A stretch of 64,000 bases of DNA from Eledone cirrhosa. Lineage: Eukaryota. A model generated the notes under the pieces. The model did not search any database. It worked only from the letters and a program-made list of their open reading frames with translations, and had not been told where the DNA came from. Within the stretch, counting starts at the first letter, position 1. Each line of letters opens with the position of its first letter. The stretch covers positions 400,706,001 to 400,770,000 of the forward strand of contig OZ024740.1 of the NCBI GenBank assembly GCA_964016885.1, read 5' to 3'. The translations under genes and the position numbers were made by a program. This document shows, piece by piece, positions 39,998 through 53,643 of this stretch.

Positions 39998-42900
39998 CAT
40001 TCTTACAGAGGGATATCATACTTACAGAGATAGTGCTCTACTCTCACACACATCCACACAAGGGGGGGGGGATATCATACTTACAGAGATAGTGCTCTAC
40101 TCTCACACACATCCACACAAGGGGGGGTATCATACTTACAGAGATAGTGCTCTACTCTCACACACATCCACACAAGGGGGGTATCATACTTACAGAGATA
40201 GTGCTCTACTCTCACACACATCCACACAAGGGGGGGGTATCATACTTACAGAGATAGTGCTCTACTCTCACACTCACTCACACACACACAAGGGGGGATA
40301 TCATACTTACAGAGATAGTGCTCTACTCTCACACACATCCACACAAGGGGGGGGGGGATATCATACTTACAGAGATAGTGCTCTACTCTCACACACATCC
40401 ACACAAGGGGGGGGGGATATCATACTTACAGAGATAGTGCTCTACTCTCACACACATCCACACAAGGGGGGGTATCATACTTACAGAGATAGTGCTCTAC
40501 TCTCACACACATCCACACAAGGGGGGGTATCATACTTACAGAGATAGTGCTCTACTCTCACACTCACTCACACACAAGGGGGGATATCATACTTACAGAG
40601 AGAGTGCTCTACTCTCACACTCACTCACACACAAGGGGGGATATCATACTTACAGAGATAGTGCTCTACTCTCACACTCACTCACACACACACGAGTGAG
40701 GATATCATACTTACAGAGATAGTGCTCTACTCTCACACACATCCACACAAGGGGGGGGTATCATACTTACAGAGATAGTGCTCTACTCTCACACTCACTC
40801 ACACACACATAAGGGGGGATATCATACTTACAGAGTGAGTGCTCTACTCTCACACTCACTCACACACACACACACAATGGGGGGATATCATACTTACAGA
40901 GATAGTGCTCTACTCTCACACTCACTCACACACACACAAGAGAGGATATCATACTTACAGAGATAGTGCTCTATTCTCACACTCACTCACACACACACAA
41001 GGGGGTGATATCATACTTACAGAGATAGTGCGCTACTCTCACACTCACTCACACACACACAAGGGGGTGATATCATACTTACAGAGATAGTGCGCTACTC
41101 TAACACTCACTCACACACAAGGGGGGATATCATACTTACAGAGATAGTGCTCTACTCTCACACTCACTCACACACACACAATGGGGGGATATCATACTTA
41201 CAGAGATAGTGCTCTACTCTAACACTCACTCAGACACACTCAAGGGGGGATATCATACATACAGAGATAGTGCTCTACTCTCACACTCACACACACACAA
41301 GTGGGGGATATCATACTTACAGAGATAGTGCTCTACTCTCACACTCACTCACAGAAAGGGGGATATCATACTTACAGAAATAGTGCTCTACTGTCACACA
41401 CAAGGGGGGGGATATCATACTTACAGAGATAGTGCTCTTCTCTAACACTCACTCACACACACACAAGGTGGGATATCATACTTACAGAGATAGTGCTCTA
41501 CTCTAACACTCACTCACTCACACACACGAGGGGGGATATCATACTTACAGAGATAGTGCTCTACTGTCACACACACACACACACAAGGGGGGGATATCAT
41601 ACTTACAGAGATAGTGCTCTCCTCTAACACTCACTCACACACACACAAGGGCGGATATCATACTTACAGCGATAGTGCTCTACTCTAACACTCACTCAAA
41701 CACACACAAGTGAGGATATCATACTTACAGAGATAGTGCTCTACTCTCACACTCACTCACAGAAGGGGGGATATCATACTTACAGAGATAGTGCTCTACT
41801 GTCACACACACACACACACAAGGGGGGTATCATACTTACAAAGATAGTGCTCTACTCTCACACTCACACACACACACACAAGTGAGGATATCATACTTAC
41901 AGCGATAGTGCTCTACTCTAACACTCACTCACACACACACAAGTGAGGATATCATACTTACAGAGATAGTGCTCTACTCTCACACTCACACACAGAAGGG
42001 GGGATATCATACTTACAGAGATAGTGCTCTACTGTCACACACACACACACACAAGGGGGAGATATCATACTTACAGAGATAGTGCTCTACTCTAACACTC
42101 ACTCACACACACACAAGTGAGGATATCATACTTACAGAGATAGTGCTCTACTCTAACACTCACTCACACACACACAAGTGAGGATATCATACTTACAGAG
42201 ATAGTGCTCTACTCTCACACTCACTCACACACACACAAGTGAGGATATCATACTTACAGCGATAGTGCTCTACTCTAACACTCACTCACACACACACAAG
42301 TGAGGATATCATACTTACAGCGATAGTGCTCTACTCTAACACTCACTCACACACACACAAGTGAGGATATCATACTTACAGAGATAGTGCTCTACTCTCA
42401 CACTCACACACAGAAGGGGGGATATCATACTTACAGAGATAGTGCTCTACTGTCACACACACACACACACAAGGGGGGTATCATACTTACAGAGATAGTG
42501 CTCTACTCTCACACTCACACACACACACACAAGTGAGGATATCATACTTACAGAGATAGTGCTCTACTCTCACACTCACTCACACACACACAAGGGGGGA
42601 TATCATACTTACAGAGATAGTGCTCTACTCTCACACTCACTCACACACACACAAGGGGGGATATCATACTTACAGAGATAGTGCTCTACTCTCACACTCA
42701 CTCACTCACACACACAAGGGGGGATATCATACTTACAGAGATAGTGCTCTACTCTCACACTCACTCACACACACACAAGGGGGGATATCATACTTACAGA
42801 GATAGTGCTCTACTGTCACACTCACTCCCTCACACACACAAGGGGGGATATCATACTTACAGAGATAGTGCTCTACTCTCACACTCACTCACTCACACAC

Positions 42901-44558
42901 ACAAGGGGGGATATCATACTTACAGAGATAGTGCTCTACTCTCACACTCACTCACACACACACAAGGGGGGATATCATACTTACAGAGATAGTGCTCTAC
43001 TCTCACACTCACACACACACACACACACACAAGGGGGGGGTATCATACTTACAGAGATAGTCCTCTACTCTCACACTCACTCACACACCCACACAAGGGG
43101 GTGTATCATACTTACAGAGATAGTGCTCTACTCTCACACTCACTTACACACACACAAGGGGGGGTATCATACTTACAGAGATAGTGCTCTTCTCTCACAC
43201 TCACTCACACACACACAAGGGGGGGGGGGGTATCATACTTACAGAGATAGTGCTCTACTCTCACACTCACTCACACACACACAAGGGGGGATATCATACT
43301 TACAGAGATAGTGCTCTACTGTCACACTCACTCACTCACACACACAAGGGGGGATATCATACTTACAGAGATAGTACTCTACTCTCACACTCACTCACAC
43401 ACACACAAGGGGGGTAATCATACTTACAGAGATAGTGCTCTACTCTCACACTCACTCACACACACACAAGGGGGTATATCATACTTACAGAGATAGTGCT
43501 CTACTCTCACACTCACTCACACACACAAGGGGGGATATCATACTTACAGAGATAGTGCTCTACTCTCACACTCACTCACACAAGGGCGGATATCATACTT
43601 ACAGAGATAGTGCTCTACTCTCACACTCACTCACACACACAGAAGGGGGGATATCATACTTACAGAGATAGTGCTCTACTCTCACACTCACTCACACAAG
43701 GGGGGGTATCATACTTACAGAGATAGTGCTCTACACTCACACTCACTCACACAAGGGGGGGTATCATACTTACAGAGATAGTGCTCTACTCTCACACTCA
43801 CTCACACAAGGGGGGATATCATACTTACAGAGATAGTGCTCTACTCTCACACTCACTCACACAAGGGGGGTATCATACTTACAGAGATAGTGCTCTACTC
43901 TCACACTCACTCACACAAGGGGGGTATCATACTTACAGAGATAGTGCTCTACTCTCACACTCACTCACACAAGGGGGGGGGGGGTATCATACTTACAGAG
44001 ATAGTGCTCTACTCTTACACTCACTCACACAAGGGGGGATATCATACTTACAGAGATAGTGCTCTACTCTCACACTCACTCACACAAGGGGGGTATCATA
44101 CTTACAGAGATTGTGCTCTACTCTCACACTCACTCACACACACAGAAGGGGGGATATCATACTTACAGAGATAGTCCTCTACTCTCACACTCACTCACAC
44201 ACACACAAGGGGGGATATCATACTTACAGAGATAGTGCTCTACTCTCACACTCACTTACACAAGGGGGGATATCATACTTACACAGATAGTGCTCTACTC
44301 TCACACTCACTCACACACACACAAGGGGGGATATCATACTTACAGAGATAGTGCTCTACTGTCACACTCACTCTCACACACACATGGGGGGATATCATAC
44401 TTACACAGATAGTGCTCTACTATCACACTCACTCACACTCACACACATTCAAACAAGGAGGGGCATATCATACTTACAGAGATAGTACTCTACTCTCTCT
44501 CTCTCACACACACACATCCACACAAGGGGAGGGGTATCATTCTCACAGAAATAGTGCT
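39998..44558. repeat. minisatellite with ~53-65-bp units, roughly 75-80 copies (estimated from length)
   Basis: Near-invariant core TATCATACTTACAGAGATAGTGCTCTACTCT plus variable CACT/CA run and G-run. Confidence 0.97.
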
Positions 44559-44632
44559 CATCTCAATACGTGGGCAGTACAATTCAAAATAATTTTTTGT
44601 ATCTCTTGCAGAGAGAGTAAACCAGGAATCAT

Positions 44633-44775
<143 letters not shown>

Positions 44776-45384
44776 GTGTGTGTGTTTGTGTATGTCTGTG
44801 TTTATCTTTGTGTGTGTGTATAAACAAATTCGTCATGAAGAAACGAAATTACGAGAAAGAGTGTTTTCTTAATCAGCTATCTTTGGTAAAACTTATTCTA
44901 TTATTTTTCTGCTTTCAGCCTGCAGTTATGATGTCCATCGCTTGTACCCAATGCTTATTTTTGTTGTACCAACGCCTTGTGAACTGGCAAGTAACGAGAC
45001 ATAAAAAATCAAGGACACACAATCCCATAGCTGATACATATAGATTCCTCAAGATGATCTTACTATTGTAGCTCGACGCAGATTTGGGTCCTTTTCGGCT
45101 GTTTCATGTGTATTATATATTTGTTTCTTTTATAATTTAATATTTCTTACATCAATCATTTCGGAGGGTGACTGTTGATTAACTATAATTGAGTAGAGAA
45201 CTAATAGTTTTCTTATTGAAACAAGAGTGATGAAAGGAATGTCAAACATGATGGGAAAAGACAGAATATAATGAGGACTACCTAAATATCGCAAGATTTA
45301 ATATTGATATGCATATGTTAAATATAGTTATACTAATGTTGTACTATGCTAATGTAAGTGCTTCTTGGAACCTTTCATTAGAGT

Positions 45385-45800
45385 ATGTCACAGGGAATAT
45401 CCAGATCTTGCACAATCGAGCATCTTTATAATTTCAAGATGCTCGATTGGCGAAGCATCGGTTGGCGAGAGACGTCGAGGTAGGACTGAAATCCGCCACC
45501 GGCTCTGACACCTCGATAACCCTGAACAGCTGATCGATGTGCTGGCGAAAGGCCTCACACCTCTGCCTGGAATTGTTCAGCTAGCGTTCTTCTTGGTTCG
45601 CCGATGAGTGATTTGTGGTTTTGTTACCACGCTGCGCTTTCGTCCCCCGGTCCCATAGAAGAGTTTTGTTTCCCTCATTCCTTAGATTACGTACGTTAGC
45701 TCTGATAATATAACCTTCGTGTTTCGCATTGAAGAAAAGGTACAATGTCATTCTTGCCACTAGCACGTCAGTTGTAATGCCATTACTCATAGACAAGTCT
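45385..45800 (-). pseudogene. degenerate L1/Tx1-like LINE ORF2 linker fragment
   Basis: FNAKHEGYIIRANVRNLRNEG.K and CEAFRQHIDQLF resemble the L1/Tx1 endonuclease-RT linker; locally GC-rich. Confidence 0.45.
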
Positions 45801-45931
45801 AATTTAGCCTCCAGCTCCCCTCATTTCTATTTTTTTGGCACAACCTCGCTCGAGTTGAAAATGCGTTGTGTGAAACGCGCGTCCTCGCGTATGGTTTGCT
45901 AATTTGTTGTGGACCTAACTCTCTCTCTCTC

Positions 45932-45978
<47 letters not shown>

Positions 45979-46026
45979 CTCGCTATATATATATATATAC
46001 ATACATCTCTCTCTCTCTCTCACTCG

Positions 46027-46074
<48 letters not shown>

Positions 46075-46077
46075 GGG

Positions 46078-46108
<31 letters not shown>

Positions 46109-46384
46109 GGAGAAAGAGAGAAAAGATGAGATTGGAAATACCACTGAAAATATATTTACGGGTCTGATTTTCCTTTTTTTTCCTTTTCTTTCATTCGTCA
46201 ACGTGGCATTATTAAAAAAAGAGTTTTATAATGTATATAAAATATATACTTTATATACTTTATATACATTATAAACTCTGTTTTTAAAAGAACTATCCCT
46301 CTCTATAAAACTCTTTTTTTTAAAGAATTGTCCATCTCATTTTTTCAATAATGCCACTTTCATATATGTATATATATATATATA

Positions 46385-46589
46385 AGTAAATATGTTTTGA
46401 AACAGTGAGCAGGTTTGAAATTAGAAAATAGAATAGCTTTCACCGTATTTTTTTTACTAAAGAAATTTTAGTCTGATAATGGGATTTAGAACCCTCAGAT
46501 AAATGGAAAAAGATTAGTATTGACGTACATGAGACGTCGATACTCATCTTTTTCCATTTATTTGAGGGTTCTAAACCCCATTATCAGAC

Positions 46590-46592
<3 letters not shown>
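46385..46592. mobile_element. diverged foldback copy of the 3995-4680 family
   Basis: TTTGAAATTAGAAA..AGCTTTCACCGTATTT..CTGATAATGGG..AACCCTC..AAATGGAAAAAGAT, mirrored about ~46530. Confidence 0.75.
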
Positions 46593-46647
<55 letters not shown>

Positions 46648-46670
46648 CTGATGATTTCTAGAGAATCTCA

Positions 46671-46713
<43 letters not shown>

Positions 46714-47046
46714 GAAAGTATAGAAATTATTGTGAGCGTGAAGCCAACAGTATTTCATAATATATAAGTAACTATAACGTCAAAATGGAAAAATAGTTAA
46801 CGTATATATATATATATATATAGATGGAATAGAATGAAACGAAATTTCATTTCTCACTCTTAGTACGGCACTTACTCAAATGTAAGTATGTATGTATACG
46901 TACATACATATATGTATACATACGTACAGTAGCATGTATATATATATATATATATATTTATTAATATATAAATATTTGCTCTTCGGTTCTTATATATTCT
47001 CCTTATCGAGCCCTCTTTGGATTTTAGTCTTCAATTTTATTATTAT

Positions 47047-47081
<35 letters not shown>

Positions 47082-47230
47082 CAGGCACACATATATATAT
47101 GCACGTATCAGTTTATCGAACATTTATTATAATGTTCGCTTTGTTCGTTTGTAAACAACCGAACAGCCTGATTCACGCCGTACAGTGTTCAGGCAACCAC
47201 GTCACCTTTTTGTTCAACACTGACACAGGA

Positions 47231-47273
47231 ACGACGTACTAGTTTCAAGCTTGTTAGCTATCGTCAGCACCGT
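47231..47273 (-). ncRNA. minimal hammerhead ribozyme
   Basis: Reverse complement of 47454-47496. Confidence 0.8.
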
Positions 47274-47453
47274 ATACCTTTCTGCCAGATGGTTGAGTGA
47301 GAAATGAAATTTCGTTTCATTCTATTCCATTTATCGTTTTCGGTGCGCCTGGCCGACTGAACTCACTCGATATGCAAATTAGGCTGCTCAGCCGTTAATT
47401 TTCATAAGGAAAGTATATACTTTCGAACGTTCAACCATCTGGCAGAAAGGTAT

Positions 47454-47496
47454 ACGGTGCTGACGATAGCTAACAAGCTTGAAACTAGTACGTCGT
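47454..47496 (+). ncRNA. minimal hammerhead ribozyme
   Basis: ACGGUG-CUGACGA-U-AGCU(AACA)AGCU-U-GAAAC-UA-GUA-CGUCGU. Confidence 0.8.
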
Positions 47497-47647
47497 TCCT
47501 GTGTCAGTGTTGAACAAAAAGGTGACGTGGTTGCCTGAACACTGTACGGCGTGAATCAGGCTGTTCGGTTGTTTACAAACGAACAAAGCGAACATTATAA
47601 TAAATGTTCGGTAAACTGATACGTGCATATATATATATGTGTGCCTG

Positions 47648-47682
<35 letters not shown>

Positions 47683-47729
47683 GCTACTGTACGTCTGTAT
47701 ACATATATGTATGTACGTGTACATACATA

Positions 47730-47762
<33 letters not shown>

Positions 47763-47764
<2 letters not shown>

Positions 47765-48627
47765 CGAAAAAAGATGAAATCGAAAATGCAACTGGAGTCT
47801 TTTTAAGATTATTTATTTTTCTCCTTTACCCGTTTCACAGTTCTTATGCTTTTCAAAAGTAGAATTGAGATGGAGGGTTTATTGCTTTTCTCGCATCTGG
47901 TTAGTGTTCGAATATTACTACTGTTTTGTGTGAAAAAAAGTGGCACAAAATGCCAGGTTTTTTAGAAAAGTAATTTGGTTGGTTGATGACTGTTGCGCCA
48001 GTTCGTGTTACAAAGTTCTTACTGTATTTGCCGTTAAAAAAGTGGGGCTCAGATTGTTTTTTCAAATATGAGTGAAATTTGGTTGGTTGATGTAGTCACG
48101 TGAATAAGCACATCAAATTTCGCGCCAGTTAGTGTTTTAGGGTTCTTTATTGTCATTTTCACTTAAAAAAGTGGCTAAAAAATGGTGTTTTTTTATAAAT
48201 GTAATTTGATTGGCTATGACTCATGTGAATAACAACATTAAATTTCGCGCCTGTTCATATTTAGGTGACAGTCACGTGATTTGTCATAGAGAGTTTTGTG
48301 CCAAAGAAAAGATAATGGTCAAGAAGAAAGGGATGGGGAGAATTGTTCTGATCAGTGAGTATGGCTGATGTGCTGAGGTGTCAAAATTCAGCCTTTCTTT
48401 TGTAGTAAAGAAAATAAAGATATATATTTGTATTTGTGTACTGATGTGTGTGTGTGTGTGACATTCCATATGCGAGAAAAACCACAAACCCTCCATCTTA
48501 ATTCTACTTTTAGAAAAGCATAAGAACTGTGAAACCGGTAAAGGAAACAAATGAATATTCTTAAAAGACTCGTTCCATTTTCGATTTCTACTTTTTTCCT
48601 TATACTTTCACTCGTGAAGGGCATCTC

Positions 48628-48630
<3 letters not shown>
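47763..48630. mobile_element. foldback element with ~135-bp diverged inverted arms and internal subrepeats, between (TA)n tracts
   Basis: 47763-47897 mirrors 48471-48604; internal AATTTGGTTGGTTGATG...GCGCCAGTT-like repeats occur three times. Confidence 0.65.
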
Positions 48631-48664
<34 letters not shown>

Positions 48665-48666
<2 letters not shown>

Positions 48667-49040
48667 TCGCTTGGCAACACGTCTTGGTACAATATGACCA
48701 CCATCAAGTCCTAGACGCCGTCCAGCCAAGTATCTTTTATGAGTATCATTGATCAGGTTGTCAAAGTATCGGCGTTTTCCCCTCCTTACAAATCCATGTA
48801 TGTGTTCCAAAGGACTAAATTGCATCTTTCCACTTCAGGGTGTTGCAGAAAACGACGAGATATGCGAAGCCCTCTTTGCTCGATATTTTAGCTGCCTTTT
48901 GGCAGGTATCCATTAAGGAATTTATTTGTCATATATGGCTACAGTTTCACATCAAGGGCGATTTGTAACAATTACTTATAGCAGTCGTTTAGCCCGCTTG
49001 TTAACTTCTCAGTCACTGTCTACATTCCACCGCCATACAA
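48665..49040 (-). pseudogene. degenerate RTE LINE 3' fragment
   Basis: Fragments HMTNK and HGFVRRGKRRYFDNLINDT resemble the RTE C-terminus HG...RGR...YID.L..DT. Confidence 0.5.
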
Positions 49041-49041
49041 T

Positions 49042-49092
<51 letters not shown>

Positions 49093-49227
49093 TAAAATAA
49101 CAGATTAAAGTTTAAGCAAAGAATCGCTGCTTTAACCCTTAACGCGATCTTCTGAAACTCAGATATATGATATTTATTTATCCTTATCGAGCCCTCTTTG
49201 GATTTTAGTCTTCAAATTTATTATTAT

Positions 49228-49269
<42 letters not shown>

Positions 49270-49317
49270 TTGTAAGGTTGCAGCACTGAATCATCGTTCT
49301 TTATAACTCACATACAT

Positions 49318-49349
<32 letters not shown>

Positions 49350-49481
49350 GGTTATAATAATAAATGTGAAGACTAAAATCCCAAGATTCTCCGTTTCTTA
49401 TGTGATATTATACTCTGCTCTGTAAGAACATCGAGTACTCAAACGGCCTACCGCATACGGAGGGTTTAAGCATATCACACC

Positions 49482-49536
<55 letters not shown>

Positions 49537-49585
49537 GATTCTTTGCTTAAACTTTAATCTGTTATTTTAATAAATAAATATATAT

Positions 49586-49732
49586 TTATTTCTGAAGACG
49601 GCGTATATATGTGTTTGGTATGTATATTTAATCTTGATAATTTGTATAATTTTGTATAATTTTGTACATAGATCTGTTGAATATGCATACCAATTATAAC
49701 ACATATATATCCTAGAAACGATCGTTAAATAA
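49586..49732 (+). ncRNA. type I hammerhead with ~115-nt stem II
   Basis: UUAUUU-CUGAAGA (49592-49598), long hairpin UAUAUAUGUGUU/AACACAUAUAUA plus UGGUAUGUAUAUU/AAUAUGCAUACCA, GAAAC-GAUC-GUU-AAAUAA. Confidence 0.7.
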
Positions 49733-49970
49733 TGAACTTTTTTTGTTTAATATAAGGAATTGTTTGTTCATTATTTGCTTAATATTTTATCTTGACTCTG
49801 TATACCGTTTATCTTTCACCGAAAGTCGTTTTTCATTGCATCTCTTCTTTCCATGATATCCGGAATACATTGAGTTCTTCATACGGATTGGACACTACCG
49901 TAAACTCTTGGTAGATTTATCTACATATATATATATATATACACACCTGGTTCCTTACCACATTTCCTTC

Positions 49971-50007
<37 letters not shown>

Positions 50008-50101
50008 CGAAGGAAATGTGGTAAGGAACCAGGTGGACCATAACGCACCAAAGTACTCAATACTTAGGGTAGTAGAGTGGGTATATATATATATATATAT
50101 T

Positions 50102-50310
50102 TATTTATTAAAATAACAGATTAAAGTTTAAGCAAAGAATCGGTGCTTTCACATTTAACGGGATCTTCTGAAACAGTTTGAGAAGATCCCGTTAAGGGTG
50201 AAAGCAGCGATTCTTTGCTTAAACTTTAATCTGTTATTTTAATAAATATTTGCTCTAGGGTTTTTATATATTTGATATATATTTATCCTTATCGAGCCCT
50301 CTTTGGAATT
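50102..50310 (+). mobile_element. palindromic PLE-like element (arms 50102-50174 and 50176-50248); related pieces at 49088-49232, 49535-49578 and 46957-47050
   Basis: Central hairpin, then GAAAGCA..UGCUU, AATAAA and bulged hairpin at 50252-50297. Confidence 0.7.
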
Positions 50311-50452
50311 TACACAACATCAACTAGGTAGATATGTATGTATGTCTGCATGCATGTGTAGATATGGATGTTATTGTATGTGTGGATGTGTATGTTTTGA
50401 GTTGTATGTGTGCATGTGTATCTTCTTTGTATCTGTACATGTGTATATGCAG

Positions 50453-53160
50453 TTATTAGATGCAACATTTTTGGAATGTTTTACATATTTTTACTGTTCC
50501 ATTAATGGATTGTACTTGTAATTTCCTAACTAGTTGTGTTCTTTCCGTTCCTGTGAAGCCTAGCTTCTCAAGATTTGTATTGAGGCAGTTACTAACATAT
50601 CCCAGTGCCCCAATAATCACAGGCATAAATCTGAAGGTGTAATCAGGGTGGAGTATCTGCAGATTTCTCATCAGTTCTGCATAAATATTCTCCTTTTCAC
50701 TAATCTTTGATATTATATTGGCATCTGCTGGGCAGCTAATTTCCACTACTGTGCATGTTTTCTTCTCCCTGTCCCATATCATAATATCTGGTCTGTTATG
50801 CCTGCATTTTATTGGGATTTTTACTGGAACATTCCACCAGTACTCTTTCATATTATGTACATGGATGTCTTCCACATTGTTGTAGCTTTTAATGTGTTTA
50901 TTATCGGGGCTATCTTTTTTACGAACTGCATTGTACTGTGTTTTGGCCACTACATCATGCCTCATAGGTAGATAGTACCTCGATGACATCTTTGGGCAGC
51001 TGCTGATGACATGGGTGATATCCTCGATGTTAGTTCTGCAGCGTCTGCACTTGTTATCACATCTAGGTGTTTTGCCTGCATCCCTATCTCTTTTGTGAAT
51101 CGGGTATTTAGTGCTAATCTCCTGTTCTTGGATTGCAAAAGCGTTCTCCTTCAAAGTGGGAGCCAATATAGCGGTTGTTGGTCCAAGATAGACTACTTTC
51201 CTTATCTATATTACTCTCACCCTGGAGCTTCCTGGCAACATATCCATGCATGATTTTTCGCTGATAGGCATGCAGTTTTTCATCCATGGATTCACTGCGA
51301 TACTGCTGAGCGACATCCCTGGATGTGAGTTTTTGATTATCACACAGGGAATATCTCTCAAGGAGTTCCTTCCCAACTCTCATGATCTTATCTGTTTCAT
51401 GCAGATAGACTTGCTCGAGAAGCGGGCTCCTACGCTTCGAGGTTCGTAGATGTTGTCGGAGAGATATGATGCGACATTCAAATGTTGTCTGTACTGATGT
51501 TAGGCCTCTGCCTCCCTGCTTACGTTTCAAGTAAAGGCGGTCTATGTCACTGTTGATGTGGAAGTTTCCGGTGTTGTTCAGTATTTTTCGAGTTCCAACA
51601 TCAACTGCTCGGATTTCGTCTATCGTCCAATTGAGTATTCCAAACGTTGGTGTTAGGACAGGCACAGCAAACACATTGTGAGCCACTGTTTTGTTTTGCG
51701 CAGAGAGTTCCGATGACCAGATCTTTCTTAATCGGGTGTAGTATTCCTTGGTTGCGTGTTCTTTATTACAGATACCATTATAGGATATGTTCTCATCTAT
51801 CCCCAGGTATCTGTAGCAGTCCTCATCAGATATCGGTGAAACAGTTAGACAATTGATGACAATGTTGCTAGATTGGGTTGTTGTTTTCCCCGATTTACAG
51901 TCATGTATGAGCATTTATCTTGGCCAAACTCCATTCCTATATCCTTTGAGAACGTTGTAACCAGGTCAAGATTTTTCTTCATCCCATCCATGTTCTTGGC
52001 ATAGAGTTTCAGATCGTCCACAAAGAAGTTATGGGTTAGGAACGTATTTCTGTCCTCCTGTGAGCCAATGATGTATTCCTCACATTTCTTGAGCAGAAAG
52101 GACAAGGGGTTTAATGACAAGATGAACAATATCACAGAGAGACTGTCCCCCTGAAATATACCCCTGCAATATTTTATTTTATCAGTGGAAATAGAGTCCT
52201 CCCTCTCTGTCTTTAACCTTGGGATAGTAGCCCAAGAAGAAGACAGCCTCTCTATGGCTCTGACAATAATGTCTGGGACTTTAGCAAGTTGGAGGGCCTT
52301 TATCATCCAAGAGTGGGGAACAGAATCGAAAGCTTTCTTGTAGTCCAGCCAGACTGTAGTCATATTCCTCCTAAGTTGTCGCACATCCGACATCGCAGTT
52401 TTGTTGATTAGGAGTTGTTCAGCACATACCCAAACCCTTTTCTTTCCAGCTGCTTGTTCAACTGTGATGATGTTATTATTTTCACAGTGATCTTGGAGGA
52501 ATAGGTTGAGGCAGGCTGTATACATCTTATACATCAGGTTCTGGCATGCAATGGGTCGGTGGTTTTTTGCCAAGTGGGTGTCTTTGTTCTTGGGGACAAC
52601 GTTTGTGCTAATGTCAACCATTCTGGTATAAGTGTATCTCCCTTAAGAACTTGTTGGTAGAGGTCAGCAAGATACCTCCGATAGAATATTAGTTTTTTGT
52701 ACCAGTAGCCGACAATCATGTCTCTTCCTGGTGTTTTCTTATCTTGGAGTTTTCCTGTCACAGTCTCAAGGGTACCCTCACTTATTTCGTAAGTTTTTGT
52801 TGTAGTGTAGGAGCAATAGTTCTTTCGGATTTCTCTTAGCCACACTGCATCTTGGTTAAAATTCTTCTTTTCACCCCATATTTTTCTCCAAAAGGAATCC
52901 ATGTCTTTCTGGGATGGGGCCTCAGTGACACTTATTATTTTGCCCTTCATATCTCTATAGACTGATGTTTGGTTTCGTCTGAATCTTTTATTAAATATTT
53001 TTCTCTCATCTACCTTCTTCAGGTATCGGCGTTTTTCGCTAACAGCTCTCAATTCTTGTTTGAGGGTGATCAGCTTATATTGGAGAGTTCTGGTTCTACT
53101 GTTACCAAACATCGTCTCTATTTTATTTTTCACTCTTTGTTGGTGAGGAGTGAGGTTTTT
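50453..53160 (-). pseudogene. 5'-truncated R4/Dong-like non-LTR retrotransposon (RT, CCHC, restriction-like endonuclease), three frameshifts
   Basis: KTPGRD, RPIAC, DYKKAFDSVPHSW, GIFQGDSLS, FVDDLKLY, YRYLG, GGRGL, CRRC..ITHVISSC, RHD, RPDIMIWD..VVEISCP..K..EK..Y across four overlapping ORFs. Confidence 0.92.
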
Positions 53161-53580
53161 TGTGTATGTTTGCATGTATGTATGTATGTATGTATGTATG
53201 TATGTATGTATGTATGTATGTATGTATGTATGTATATTAGTGTGTGTGTATGTATGGAAAGCGTAGCTGAGTGGTTACTGTGTTGGACACAGAATCTTAT
53301 GGCGATGTGTTTCATTGTTGGTGATGTACCGTATCCTTTAGCAAGATGCTTGATTAAAGGCTATTCAAGTCCACTTAGCTTCTTAGAATGAAATATATCC
53401 GTAACTAAAAGCGCCAGCCTTGTTATTCATTATATCAAGCGAAATCTTCGTGGGACCTACATATAAAGACAAGATTTCTGAATACTCTGCCATTTGAATA
53501 TAAATTTTACGAGCACACTGTTCTGGTTTTCGAACAGGAACACTCACCTTCGGAAAAGATAGCTCTCCTATAAATATAAA

Positions 53581-53643
<63 letters not shown>

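Larger units (their letters stand above)
46822..47733 (+). mobile_element. second copy of the 472-nt hammerhead element (inverted 46822-47293, forward 47294-47733), with a nested fragment at 46957-47050
   Basis: High similarity to 21376-22280; (TA)n flanks. Confidence 0.85.

Noticed and set aside
39998-44558. CRISPR-like array (constant ~31-nt repeat with variable spacers)
   Set aside because: The spacers are slippage variants of one CA/G-run sequence rather than unique sequences; no cas genes; eukaryotic context.
44919-45003. Plus-strand exon candidate after TTTTTCTGCTTTCAG; also an 11-nt microexon candidate at ~15043
   Set aside because: Splice-like signals alone, with no recognisable peptide or consistent gene model.
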